Sequence record: NC_048747.1
DNA: 64,000 nucleotides
Reading direction: 5' to 3' (one strand)
A program made the translations under genes and the position numbers. Under the pieces are notes generated by a model. The model made no database searches and had not been told where the DNA came from. It saw only the letters and a list, made by a program, of their open reading frames with translations. Of the stretch, positions 29,101 through 39,900 are shown piece after piece (positions within the stretch are counted from its first letter, which is position 1; the number at the start of each line of letters is the position of its first letter).

Positions 29101-30775
29101 TATGGAAGTGGTCACAAGCCAAACCGATAGTGAGTTTCACGTTTTCAGAGGTGGAGTCCGATAAAGCCAAACGGTAGTCGTAAGTTCCATCACTCGCCGA
29201 ACTGACGTAAGAACGCAGGTACCAGTTCTCTAAACACTGAACCACGATTCCTTCATACATCATGTTGTCGTTTAACGGCAGCGGAGTGCCGTTCTTATCG
29301 ATACCGTTCAACTTAAACGTCAACGCACGATCAGGTTCAATGAACGCAGGAATAAACGGCGTATTCACTGTCTCAGCTAATGGTACTGTTTCAGGGACCC
29401 AGTCGTTGTAATAACCAAGAACCAATTCACCTACTTCAGCACGCCAGTATTGACGTGAAACTTCAGCTTCAGCAGGAATAGTGATTTCAGCCACACCAAG
29501 GTTATCGGTTACCGCTTCACCAAACGCAGTGGTTTCATCACCTTTAAAGAACTTGACAGTCACACCCACTTTAGGGTTACCCAAGTCGTCCACTAGACCA
29601 ACACGGTTAACCGCTTCTCGACCTACATGAACAAAGTTCTTAGTGCCTACGATCAAGTTTAACATGTCACCCAACGTACTGTAGCGTGTGATGTCATCCC
29701 CTAACAGTCGACCACGACAAGTCGCAGTACATGACTTAGATCCATCACGACTACCCACCCAGCTTTCAAATGCCCAGTCACTGTTCATGTACACGTCGTC
29801 ACTGTAAGGTGAGTTGTTGTAGTCATGTAAGACTAGATAGTCAGTTGTAACATTTGGAGTTTCGTAATCCTTGGTGTAGATTCGACCTGTCATTTCCCAA
29901 GAACCACTGTAATGTAAGTCTGGGTTATTGATCATAATGCTACGAACGGAAAGACGAAATAAAGCTGGAGCTTTTAAGTCAGTCACTATAGGTGGTGCGA
30001 TTTCAGTGTAACCGTTGTTTGTCAACAGAGTCACTTTTTGCTCAGGAACCTTAGCTTTAAACTTACCACCCCACTCTAGGTGATCACTTAGATCTTTAGT
30101 GTAAAGGGCGTTATCAGAGAAGTACCCAAGATAAGCATCAGTTTCGAAGTTAACGGCACCAGAACCGTATTTAGGGAATACACGACCAACCAGTTGGAGT
30201 TCTTCACCTACTGCAAGCTCTTTAGGTGCTAACGTATCTCCAAAGAACGTGGATAAGGATTGAGTGGTAAAATCATAAACGAACTCATCGTTTAGATCAC
30301 CGTAGCTCACTCGAATGTGTAGTTTCTGTGGGTCGGTCCCATTAGCGCTCCACATGGTACCAGCATAACCACCCTCTTCAGTAGTCACTGTGCTCGAAAC
30401 CCATTCGGTGACATCATCGTATTTGTATTCGTAAGTGACATCAACACCCACGATTGGGTCCATGTTAGCGTCGACTAAACGAAGGTGGAAACCATTCATG
30501 TATTCCGTGTTGAACTTGCCGGAAGCAGGCATGATCTCCAGTTCTTTAACGAAGTCAACTTCATGTGTTCCCAAGGGTTTACTTTTATCAAAGAAAGTAA
30601 AGAGCACTTTCTTTTTACTTGCCGATTCGACTGTAACTTCCCAATTACCCTGAGCGTCTGTAACCACTTCGGTATCGGGAAGACCGTCGTCTCGTTTCAA
30701 AGTGAGATTGACGGGTCCTTCAGGATTCACCGCAACATCACCGTTTAACAAGTTTCCTCTAATAACACCCGCCAT
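23126..30775 (-). CDS. Giant Ig-like/invasin-repeat virion fibre or adhesin (2549 aa)
   Basis: Recurring ~90-100 aa beta-sandwich units with DxxG, TDxxGxA and terminal W; N-terminus homologous to the 3908-aa protein. Confidence 0.85.
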   Translation of the reverse strand: MAGVIRGNLLNGDVAVNPEGPVNLTLKRDDGLPDTEVVTDAQGNWEVTVESASKKKVLFTFFDKSKPLGTHEVDFVKELEIMPASGKFNTEYMNGFHLRLVDANMDPIVGVDVTYEYKYDDVTEWVSSTVTTEEGGYAGTMWSANGTDPQKLHIRVSYGDLNDEFVYDFTTQSLSTFFGDTLAPKELAVGEELQLVGRVFPKYGSGAVNFETDAYLGYFSDNALYTKDLSDHLEWGGKFKAKVPEQKVTLLTNNGYTEIAPPIVTDLKAPALFRLSVRSIMINNPDLHYSGSWEMTGRIYTKDYETPNVTTDYLVLHDYNNSPYSDDVYMNSDWAFESWVGSRDGSKSCTATCRGRLLGDDITRYSTLGDMLNLIVGTKNFVHVGREAVNRVGLVDDLGNPKVGVTVKFFKGDETTAFGEAVTDNLGVAEITIPAEAEVSRQYWRAEVGELVLGYYNDWVPETVPLAETVNTPFIPAFIEPDRALTFKLNGIDKNGTPLPLNDNMMYEGIVVQCLENWYLRSYVSSASDGTYDYRLALSDSTSENVKLTIGLACDHFHTEKEVVVGKVEGLNPLPYAQGTSVAGRSLVSGWRLLDAELNPVVGSIVQVWLDDKTGNADFNLTTDKYGIVHFTAPYEEGNLVRKAYAQSGDQEHVLELMWTEKQAGCDITVGIPDFVATEEQTTFNVRTLDQMGNEVNEESPQLYALGRYGLNVMAYRKSTGEIIPLGMDRTGELNITTGVEEGEQDYVIYTEAGFKEFTVNAVKRPTRNVERVPYSSSNAFPESDALVAFNVVDENNLGVPGETVEIRYLGLEVDKLIGNSWVRVYEGGSDEVIATLVTDEFGIVEYPVTTPAGTGTHGWGATRVNPGPKDAVGEAKIYVHWRDAIVTSLRDFKSIPVTESGEYSAYSTEVWENVSETEEEISDSNRYLEIYVKELNRTLYTMSDFYKGRSVGVIEEALPDGTYNAVIYTQNARHEFTITWGAVTPVVPTELNYDSFQAKKYPAGALLYSSVSLNDANGPITQITKSHKVVVYNSGGQSVGSGFVDIDGTANIRWETSWGVPKPTETYEFRIGSDVLFSMTADLVVNPQVSVAPYTLSNPVIGYPVLTGALVENEAKDGIVSGIYVTLEDGHGNVYAEGETDEFGFFDAMYERVGTESHLFVRPRCGQSTTYHTGPWVDTSVSRYIDLRFIDPPATVDSDASVFMNGMMYDQNGTPANSVSYYVYDVRNRQRVGGTSKSDGRIEPWLSDIQLGKNPIIVYSANGLAKHVVEYKKMPASAEIVSGYSETLAFDGSPEVTYQLKEADGSNYTPNDGEVVHVLAQSGRYQHRDNLIGPTGLVTVPWFSKGVGPESYVLASEDMSKAINTTSSEHVAVKSVDVFHVNDWVKSGDSAIMLVTAQDFNDSPIPNIEFRVESVTEGFEFNEVYKTDANGVGKVVIPGQPVDTYLKFQVSCGNAVSSNQSVDWSDDGRANLGTVVLDTLTNEATEDEGYPVTGKVVDGEGNGIPGVTVYVYYQTPNSPYYQEDYVDTGPDGTFSVSPWLYPGLVKLIAVNGTGFDSAEVMCKTTPLLSMSNLTIQKIHEYQSGRMSAFYTDMYGRPVEGATVEFRFDSADGELIDSAVTNEKGHAWAEVTWEQARGHNSLYCVTTDASDSSPIYPAESGDTTPVVSTFAWHNYPSFLHPEMEAVFMGKVLDQHGNPIAGEMVTYYRPNTGFRTQTFTDSFGNFKVGSGPERFDPNRKDLFGFRGKFTEIAPKWNMGTKFKAGDIKFNQPNFTEGIPYDSTITLSGTVKDTYGEMIVVGDEVVKLKARVHSEGVEIGVKEFTVSPDGTWTVDIPTPNKEVKFDVWLEDEFSNGCDHVALWAGPPKFKTLAFAPPTHDYIPEGQNHTRVLYYLLDEEGNPMPNVSINFEYKGDADTRWNYGSLDRTDADGHVDVRIQLRNSTTIELRIRAEGLTTQHTIVRTSDPVGAKLTDVYYPSSTSVDRGINGLVKLTDFNGQPIADVSNVKIGIYDLVTRETYDLKPGMLDNTNFIYNLNPPAGRHRFMQYTDAYMDYYQIAKVVEVTESDPFELIVPTQIVLSPTMSNGGLAVTSDMNVKTGLRVVDDQYRDWNATGMTTIYDATNKELLGTRTEGEVHQVEISRPLDPGLHTWRVFANYKELGTVSTFIVEGDDVLNLVPGSTVVNRVDQTAVAMFGCYSAANMTPTVGKTLNVWEVGKEGVKQTLVTDDKGLAAFDLPAQTTPGVYHYIVEYDGNQVPFDFHWVAADMVLGESFGETFFPTVWTEEEYQAFKAEVIDQNGDVVSNGVEGISVKDFDDPQMNYWYNIDGEYVRPAYFTKGKHLIGMSAGAVGETFNIFSGNATGLRTLAYAQGKGLDGQNLKVAFGLTDDAFTPINGAVVKVWLGEKSGTSHYEVTTGTYGIAEFDIPQPEGVNRTWLYAESNGHELKIPVVWAKKPTPSKFSVLTVPTTLPAGSTLEFSATFVNQDDTPDTMDSWKAPHGGVYVKANQKFVYLFSASGDHYLNIIGDLSPGTHEIVFFTLTGYEVKQITIT

Positions 30776-30880
30776 TAGTATCTTCCTTTGTTTGTTTTAC
30801 ATACTAAGTCCTATACTTAGTCACCAGTTTGATTCAATAAAATTCTCATGGTGGTATAGTTCCACTGATTAAAAGTAAAG

Positions 30881-30913
30881 ATAACTCGGGTAGGTTAGAC
30901 CTACCCGAGTTAT
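30881..30913 (-). terminator. Terminator after 3908-aa gene
   Basis: ataactcgggtagg/cctacccgagttat 14-bp stem. Confidence 0.85.
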
Positions 30914-30925
30914 TGTCTTTATAGT

Positions 30926-33900
30926 TTACACGTTAAAATCGTGAACGTATTCATCCGCAACCAACATTAGTGTGGTTAGATCAATTGCTGTTGAAGTTGT
31001 AAGTTCGAAACCGGTGGCATCGTTCTTAGTCACTTCAAACGGAATTGGGATGTTCTTACTAGTGTCGTACAAACGATATTTACCGTTCATCACCACTTCA
31101 CCAGAACCGTCCACTAATTTACCAGTAACAGTAGATGTCGTGTCAATGACCGTAGCCAAATCCACTACATTCGTACCGACCGATGCACTGCTATGGTGGC
31201 GTTCCAACTTCCAGCTGAATTCTCTTCCATTCACTACACCAATGACGGTTTCCACGGTTGGGTATTGGTCCGCGGTCAGTTCCGATGTAGCCGCAGGGAC
31301 AGTAGCTTTCGCCACACCTGCTGCATCAGACGTTACTGTTGCAAACGGTTCACCCGTGGTATCGCCTAGGTAGAAGGTCACTGACTCATTAGCTACGACC
31401 TTATGGTTTTCATTCAGTGAAAGCATCGTGACCGGAGCGGTACTTAGAGCGTAAGCACGTTCCAAGCTAGGTTCCCCGATATGAACTCGGTTACCTGTAG
31501 CAAACATCACTGTGTGCTCACCCACAACGTTACCATCGTAAGTAAAGGTGTAAGTGACCGCTTCACCATCTGTGCCGTGAATCACGTTAACACTCCAGTA
31601 ACCCTCAGCGTCCAAAGCAACTTCGTAGTTCGTAGCGTCAGACGTACGAGTAATGCGAAGTACTTCACTACCAACCGGGATGTAAGGACTGCCGTTTTGA
31701 TCCAAGACTCGACCGTTAAGAGTTAAGATACGACTAGGGTATTCCGTTTGACGTTCAAATACATCAATGCCGGCATCCGTCAGAAACACTGGTTCTTCAA
31801 TCACGCTGAAGTTCCAAGTTCCAAGGTCGGTACCTGCACTGCTTAACGCATAGGTGAAGTCACCCGTCACACTCGGTGTGAAGTCGTAAGAGAACTTACC
31901 GTCCGTTCCAACATCAAAGTTGAATGTGTCACCAGTAGCCGTTGCAGTTACTGTAACAGGTTCAGTAGGAGTAAATAGTGTTCCGTACTGATCATTCAAC
32001 TGACCTGTAAGGGTCGTGGTTTTGTTTACGTAAACTCCATCAGCATGCGAGTCATCCAATGTCAATTCGGTCATTGTTGGTGCGTCACCAAAACGAACCG
32101 TGAATCGGAGTAACTCGGTAGTGTTTCGCATAACCTTGTAAGTCTGCTCACCCACTTCTGTTTCATTTACTACAAACGCCCACTCACCGTCAGGCATCGC
32201 CACCATGTTAGATATCGTCGTAGTTTCACCACGCATCGATCTCAAGTTCAAGATAGTCGTTGGTCGGAACTCTTCACCATTTAGATCCAACACCTTACCT
32301 TTAATAAGCAGGTCTTGACCAAGTGGATTGTAATCAGGGATTACACTGGTCACCTTAGCACTTACAGGTTCGATCGGATCAATATCACTACTCCATCTGA
32401 TTGGCATCACGATGCGATCGTTTTCTGTACTAATCATCATCTCAGTGATGACTGTTGATCCCGCATTGCCTTGGAAGACAATCTCATCACCTGGGTAGTC
32501 CAGGATAGTAAGTGGGCGTTCAACACGAGACTTAGGATCGTACAGAGCAACACGAGGATTAGTAATCACATCACCGTTTTGGTCATGGACTGTCATGCGA
32601 CCTAGGAATTTCTCTAAGTACACCACATCCTGCATGTTGTCAAAGTTCACGATCGTTTGACCGATCAATTCACCGTCAACCCATTCCACGTTCCAAGTAG
32701 CTGACTTACCACCAACACTCACGTAGACAGTATGAACGCCAATGCGATCGACACCACCATCAGTGCCTGGTAGGGTGTAGGTCACGACGCCTTGGTCATC
32801 TGTGTTGAGTTTAGCAATAACCTCACCTGTCGCATTACCCCATCGAGCGGTAACTGGTACGTCTTTGATTCTTGCACCGTTAGACGCTAGTACTGTGAAA
32901 CTAGCGCTAGCATCAACACCTGTTGGCGCTTTAGTAGAAGACAGTGACATTGTTTCTATCTCACCAATCGGTGGGATTTCCACGTCCCAAGTAATCTCCT
33001 CATAACGCTCGGCGTTGCCAACGTAAAGAATCAAACGATGTGTTCCCGTAGGCAGAGGTCCCACATTTAACTCAAACCCAGTTTCATCGTTCTTAACAAC
33101 TGTAGAGTCTAGGATGGCACTGCCGTTTAAGTGGTACACTTGGAGGTTGCGGCCCGGCAATACGTTACTGTTTTGATCCAACAGTTTACCAGTGATAGTA
33201 GCTGGTTGACCGTAGTCAACAGGGTCAGTAGTAACGATATCCGCAAAGGTCCGTCCCACCAATTCATCCACAGGTTTCCAGTTAACTGCCGCATCCAGTA
33301 CCGATGTGCCGTTCTTGAAGTAAACCGTTGTAATACCAGCCTCAGCAGGAGCAGGGACTAACATAGCGGCAATACCCAGTTCATCGGTTGTTGCCGTAAC
33401 CACAGCTGGACTGTTAGGATCACCCAAGTGTGCAGTGACTTCAGTACCTGCCACAAACGAGTCGGTTTGATCAGTAACACGGACAGCCATTGTCGCCGGC
33501 TGACCAATCGTTGCCACATTCGCTGAGTATGGCATTTCAGCCAAGATGTTATCCGGAGTAACAATCAGTGAATGGGTAGCTAAGTAACCACCATCAGAAC
33601 CAACAATGTCGATTTCGTACGTTCGGAACTCAGAGAAGTAAACTTCCACAGAGAACGTGCCATTAGTACTGATGGATCCACTGAAGGTGTCACCGTAGTT
33701 ACTGTAGGCTGTACAAGACGTGTTAGAAGAAGGATTAACTGGGTTGTTGTCGCTATCCAAGAAAGTACCATGGATAGTTACGCGACCACCACCGCGTGTC
33801 ATTCGCTCCACACTGTCATCGATCACACCACGTTTGATATCACGGTTGCTAACACTCCAAACCAACAACTTAGTAACCACCCCGCCATCAGTAAAGATGT

Positions 33901-36900
33901 AAGTATTGTAGTTACCGTCTGCGGCTGGACCGTATTCGAACTCAAATGAGCCGTCAGGTTGAAGTGCCGAGATGTAGTCGATGTTATCCAAGTTGTTGCC
34001 ATTGAACACACCCAACGTCGTCGCCGTTGTAATCGGATCCCCGTTTTGGTCAACCAATTGACCACGAATGGTTGTTGATTTCCCTGAAGCAGGACGAGTG
34101 TCGACGTAAAGACGATCAAACCCGGCAGCAAACTTAGTAGTTGATTCCACCCAAGTTAATTCCAGAGTCTCAGTCAGACCCTCGTAAGACGCCACAATAG
34201 TGCGGACGTTGTTACCTGCTTCATAAGCCACATAGTGACTTGCCGTGCCACGGCTCCCGGTCTTAATAGTAGCTAGTGTTGCACCACTATCTTGATCGGT
34301 TAGTACGATGCTCGCGTTCTCTACACCCAATCCATCTTCATCTTTAACGAACAGTTCAACTCGAGATGAATCACCTTGTGGTTGAACTATCTTAGATGTA
34401 CCTGCAAAACTCATGGTGTGTGTTACCAAGATTATCCAGTTGATGGTGAGCTCTTTAACAGGAATGTCGTCATTACCGCCGAAGCTGTAAACAACTGGGC
34501 CATCCGTGTTGTTAGTTACTTGTACAGAGAACGTGCCATCTCCGGAGGTAGTTAGTGGTGCTTGTATCTCACCACCTATAGACCATTGTAAAGACCCATT
34601 AGGGAAGACTTCCCCATATTGGTCATAGCCCGTACCACTCACGGTTAAAACTTCGCTCGAGTTCCCCTCCGTAGGATTACTCTCGTCCAGCTCTACCGTA
34701 CTAAGCTTTGGGGTAGTGCGCTCCACTACCGTTATCTCGCGTGCTTCACGTTTACCGTTAATACAGAAGTAGAAGCTGTTCACACCAATGTCGAACGGAC
34801 CAATGTCAAAGCTGAACGTACCGTCTGCTTGAACTTCCGTTGAATGACTGGTGTAAGTCAACATATCACGGTGGTAGACATCAAACTTAGTTGTCGCGAT
34901 ACCTTCACCAGATTGGTTAACAATCTTACCTGTGATAGTTGCTACCTCTAGGTCGTAAATCTCACTCGGAACGGTTAACGTTTCAAATGAAACATCAGAC
35001 GGTTCGTTACTTGGTTTCCATGCAACAGTTACAGTAGAAGTCACAGAGTTAACCTCAGCAACCACATCTACCGTCGTAACACCTAACACGTGCGGGATGG
35101 AGAACAACGCAATACCGTCTTCATCTGCTTTAGTGATACCACGAGGTTCGCTTTCACCAACCACACTCCATGTTACCATCACGCCTGGGATGCTGTTACC
35201 GCTACCATCCTTAACAACTACACCTACTTCCGCAGGCTCGTAGACTTTAGGTGCCGTTACACTCAAGACGTCCATATCGCTGAACGTTACCGTATCAACG
35301 TGTTTGAAGATCTTAGTTGCTATGACTACATCATCCACTTTAAAGGTATATGTACCTTGACCCTCGACCGTAGGACGAATCATTGCAGAGAACGCACCAG
35401 TGTCTTGATCTACCGCTAGGTTAGATTCAACACCATCCACGGTCACTGTCGCTTTAACGTAACTGTTCAGCTTAGTAACCGGAGTACCAGCTACGGTGAA
35501 TCGACCACTGATTTCAGCCCATTCATTAATTACCACCGCATCAGGAGAATCCGCGTCAAACGTCACCCCGTCTGGAGTGATCTTGGCTGAATCATCCCAC
35601 GTCACACTGAAGTTCATGCGACCTGCGTCTGTAACCAATACGTAGTCTTTAGCCCCGCTACCAGCGAAGTCCAAGATGAAGGATTTGCTTTCACCTGTAC
35701 TAACTTTGTTGAATGCAATTTGATCCAGAGTGGTGCGATCAAATATACCAACAGAAGCCAGAGGTAACACCAATCCATCTTTGTTAACGGTTTGAACACT
35801 TACTGATGCGCGCTCACCGTTAGGAACTGGAGAAGTTACGCTAAAGTTAGCGAACCCAGTAGCTGTCGCAGTTGCATCATTAGCCCACCATTGACGACGC
35901 TCTTTAACCACGCTGTCGTATTTGGCGTAAACCAAACGAGAACTATCTGTGCCTTTCTGAGGAATGTTGAATTCCGCAATACCATCTGCGTCTGTTACTA
36001 CAGTAGCTAATTCAGGACCATCCGTTGTATCTAGGTGGACTGTGATAGGTACACCCGCAATACCTTGACCTTCAGCATTTACTGCGGCGAACGAAGCAAA
36101 CGCGTCTTGACCTGGAACTGCGTTAGAGTCAGAATAACGAAGTGACTCAATACTAGAAACAGGAAGTTTCCAAACGACGGTATGACCAATGCGAGGTACA
36201 CCTGGCTCCCAACCAAATTCGTAAAGTACAGGACCCGCTTCGTTAGAAGTGTAATCCAGACTCCAAGAACCACCAGGAGGGGAACGGAACGCGTTTTGAG
36301 GTTCACCGTTAATGAATGGACGTACTGAGACACCTTCAATTGGATCACCGTATTGGTCTAAACTAACCGCAGTTAGTTTCACTGGTTCTCCTACCATGCC
36401 TTCCGCAGGTTGCTCACCTACCCACTCAATAGAAGTGAACTGAGGTGGAGCTGCTTCAACGGCAATAGTGATAGAACCCAAGTACTTACCTTCGTAAGTG
36501 TGGAAGTCGAACAATACGTCTCCCGCATTACTAAAGGTGTAAGCAAACGACCATGTTCCGTCTGGTGTTACGGTGAACTCGTAAGTACTACTTTCACTAC
36601 TGTTCACGTAAACCGTAATGCTTTCAGCCGGAGCAATAACACTTCCCAAACTATCTAAGATAGTACCTTGTAAAGTGTGTGTACTTGCCACATTGACCTG
36701 AGTAGGAACACTTGCATCCAACTTAACCGTTTTAAGGTCTTCATTAGCTGCGTCCCAAGTCAAACCACCGATCAAACCAACATTACCTTCAGTAACAAGA
36801 CTGTAGTTGTAGGTCCCGTCTGGTTGAGCCGGAAGTTCAATGTCGAACGTACCGTCTGCTTGAACTTGTGCAGAGTAATCCGTTAGGTCAGATGACCCTT

Positions 36901-39900
36901 GATCAAAGACCTTCAGCATCTGAGGGCCAGCCAATGGCAATCCATCCTGATCAACTACCGTACCACGTAATGTGGACGTTGTGCCAGATGCAGGTTTCTT
37001 ATCTACCACGTAACCAACTAGTGTGGTCTTACGACCAAAGCCAGCTGCGATCTTAGGTTCATTGCCAACCCAAGTCAGTGTCATGGTAGTTTCACGTTCA
37101 CCCAGTTTAGCGATGATAGTGACGTCACCTTCAACTGTAGCTTCCGCAGGCCAGTAACCTATATAAGAGTTGCTGGTAATTTCTTCAGCGTAAAGTGGTG
37201 TCCCAGAAGTGTCACCTTCGTAGAACTCAATCTCACGACCTTCAGGTGCAATACCGTTTTCATCCACTACCTTGATGCTTACGTAAGCGTCATCGCCCAC
37301 TACCGCTTTAGGTTGAGAATCCCCATTAAAGGACAACGTTAGAGTTTCACACCAACGGACGTCCACGGTCTCATAATCCGTTTCCAGATATTCGAACGTG
37401 TAAGTCTTAGTTTCCACCACATCATTAGTGACCACCACACTGAATGTACCGTCAGTATGGATGGTGCCTAAGAAGTCAGTTGTTTCATCTAGACGTAGTG
37501 TAAACGCTTCTTCACTGATTGGTTTGTACAACTCATTGCTGGTGTTGAACACCTTACCAGTTAAGGTGAAGGTCTCATCAAGCGAAGCGGTTTTAGGACT
37601 TGAACCAAAGTCAAAGTTACGCAAAGTACCCGCGCCAACAAAGAACTCAACCGAGTGGGTCGCTAGTGCAGTCTCACCATCTTTAAACGTGTAAGTAATG
37701 GTCTCTTCCACATCGTGAGATGCGTTAAAGTTCCAGTTACTCATTCCGTCAATCACCACCGGTAATACTTCGTCGTTCTTGTCGTTAGTTACACTCAAAG
37801 CGTAACTACCTTCATCAGGAATGAACGGAGTACCGATTGTGTCAGTTGATGTACCGAAGATAGCTACCGTGTCCCCAAGGAGACCGCGTGTGCCACTTTC
37901 CGGATCGATTGTAATGCTAGCCAGGATTCCACTACCACCCCATACGGTCGTACGACGGTCCACGTTACCACGAGTCGCAAAGATTAACTCGTAAGCGTTG
38001 AATGGGTAAGGACCTAATTCAGTAGAGAACGTACCATCCGGCTGGATGGCTGTGGTGAGGTCTGTCGACGTCATAGTGATTTTGTTGTAAACCAACAATT
38101 CACCGTTAGCGTAAGGATTACCTTCTTGATCTAAGATCTTACCAGTAATCGTCGCTTTGTTATCACCAACTACCTTCTCAGGCACAACCAGTGTTTCGAA
38201 ACTGTCACCAGTGAGTTCAGGAGATTCGACCCAACGTAATAGTTGTGTTTCCCCGTTACGTTTACCGTTACAACCAGTAATTAACGTAAACTCTGGATAA
38301 GCTTCGTCGTACTCCCATGTCATCTCAACAGACCCGTTAAAGTCACTATTGAGGTTGACTAAGTGTTCGTAAGTAATACGTGCCCCCGGAGTAAGAGTCA
38401 CACACGCATCTGGAACTACTCGACCACTACCATCTTTAACTACCGCAGCCACAGTTGCCGCTTTACCCTTAACTGGGTTAGGGGTGGTGTAAGGTAGTAG
38501 TGTCACGTTAAGACTATCGTAGAACGTGATGGTCTTCGTATCCACGACTGCACCATCGACTTTAAAGTCATACGAGTGAACACCTTCAGAACGAGGCTCG
38601 CTTAGTTTAGTAACAAAGCGTCCTTTAGGTGTAATCCAAACTGGGTGTTCTTGTGCACCAGCCATTACTGGCTCCACATAACCCGTCAGTTCAAAGGTAG
38701 GACCCGACGTAGATTGAACATCACCATCCAACCATTGGTTTGTGTCGTTCTGTACAAACGCCGTTGTAATGCTGTTTGTCAATGTGAAACGATCTGGCTT
38801 CGCTAGTTCGGTTTCAGCGTCCCAAGTCATGGTTGCAGTTTCGATTGTGTTGTCTGAGTAAACAACTAGATCATAGAAACCATCTGGGAGTGCGTCGACT
38901 GTGTAGATGTCAAACTTCTCACCACCTACATTAACGTCCGCATTCACACGGTTATGTGGAACCGCACTCAACGTAACTTTATCAAAGACGTTAATTGTAG
39001 CACCACGGACATGTGACATAGTCTCCCAAGGTGTTAACTTACCATTAGGGTCTTGTGCAAACGAACCTGAGTCGTAAACAAGTTTACTCAAAGGACTCAG
39101 TTTGATCACACCCTTGGCACCACTACTAACTAGTCCAGTTGCTTCGAACCCACCTAGAGATTCAATCACAACCCCAGTTTCGCCCCAAGACACAATCGAT
39201 TGAGCTGAGAACCCACCACTCACAGCAACGTAGGTAACATCGCCAGTATTTGGTGTAGTTTCGTTATCTAGGATAGTGAATTCCGCGATACCGTATTGAT
39301 CAGTCACCACAGAGTCCAACAGGATGCCTGTATCGCTCGCTAAGCGTAGTTCTACAGTTTCACCCACCATTCCCTTGTCTAGAGAGTTAATAGCAGCAAA
39401 GGCAAGCGTAGCGCTTCCAGCAGACTTAACCTTAGTTGTTGAGTAAGGGAGTGTGCGGAGTTCTTTAAGGACGATAGGAGCTTCTGTAACTTCTAACGAA
39501 ATAGGAGTGGTGTAACTGTTGGTTGCAATAACCAATTGGTTAAGACCCATAGGGTAAGGACCCACTTCGATCTCAAACGTGCCGTCCAGCATGATGTTGT
39601 TATTGAACATCTTACTTTCCAGCGTTGTCTTGTTAAAGACTGTTAACCACATCCAAGCGTTATCGTTCGTACCCAATGAACCGATCAACCTACCAGTGAT
39701 GGTAGCGGTGGTACCTTCGTACACATCCGAGTCCACCACCAAGTCAATGATTTCAATTGCGGAGTTTTCATCATCACCTGCCCAACGAACAGTAACGTCA
39801 TCAGAGATAGTGTCGCTAATATGAGCAACAACATAATCCTGTTCTACTGTAGGGGAAACGATGGTCTCTAGGTTAAACGGAATAGTGAATTCCGCGATAC

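Noticed and set aside
30817-30849. Micro-ORF MRILLNQTGD upstream of the 2549-aa gene as a possible donor strand
   Set aside because: No Shine-Dalgarno and only 10 codons; likely chance
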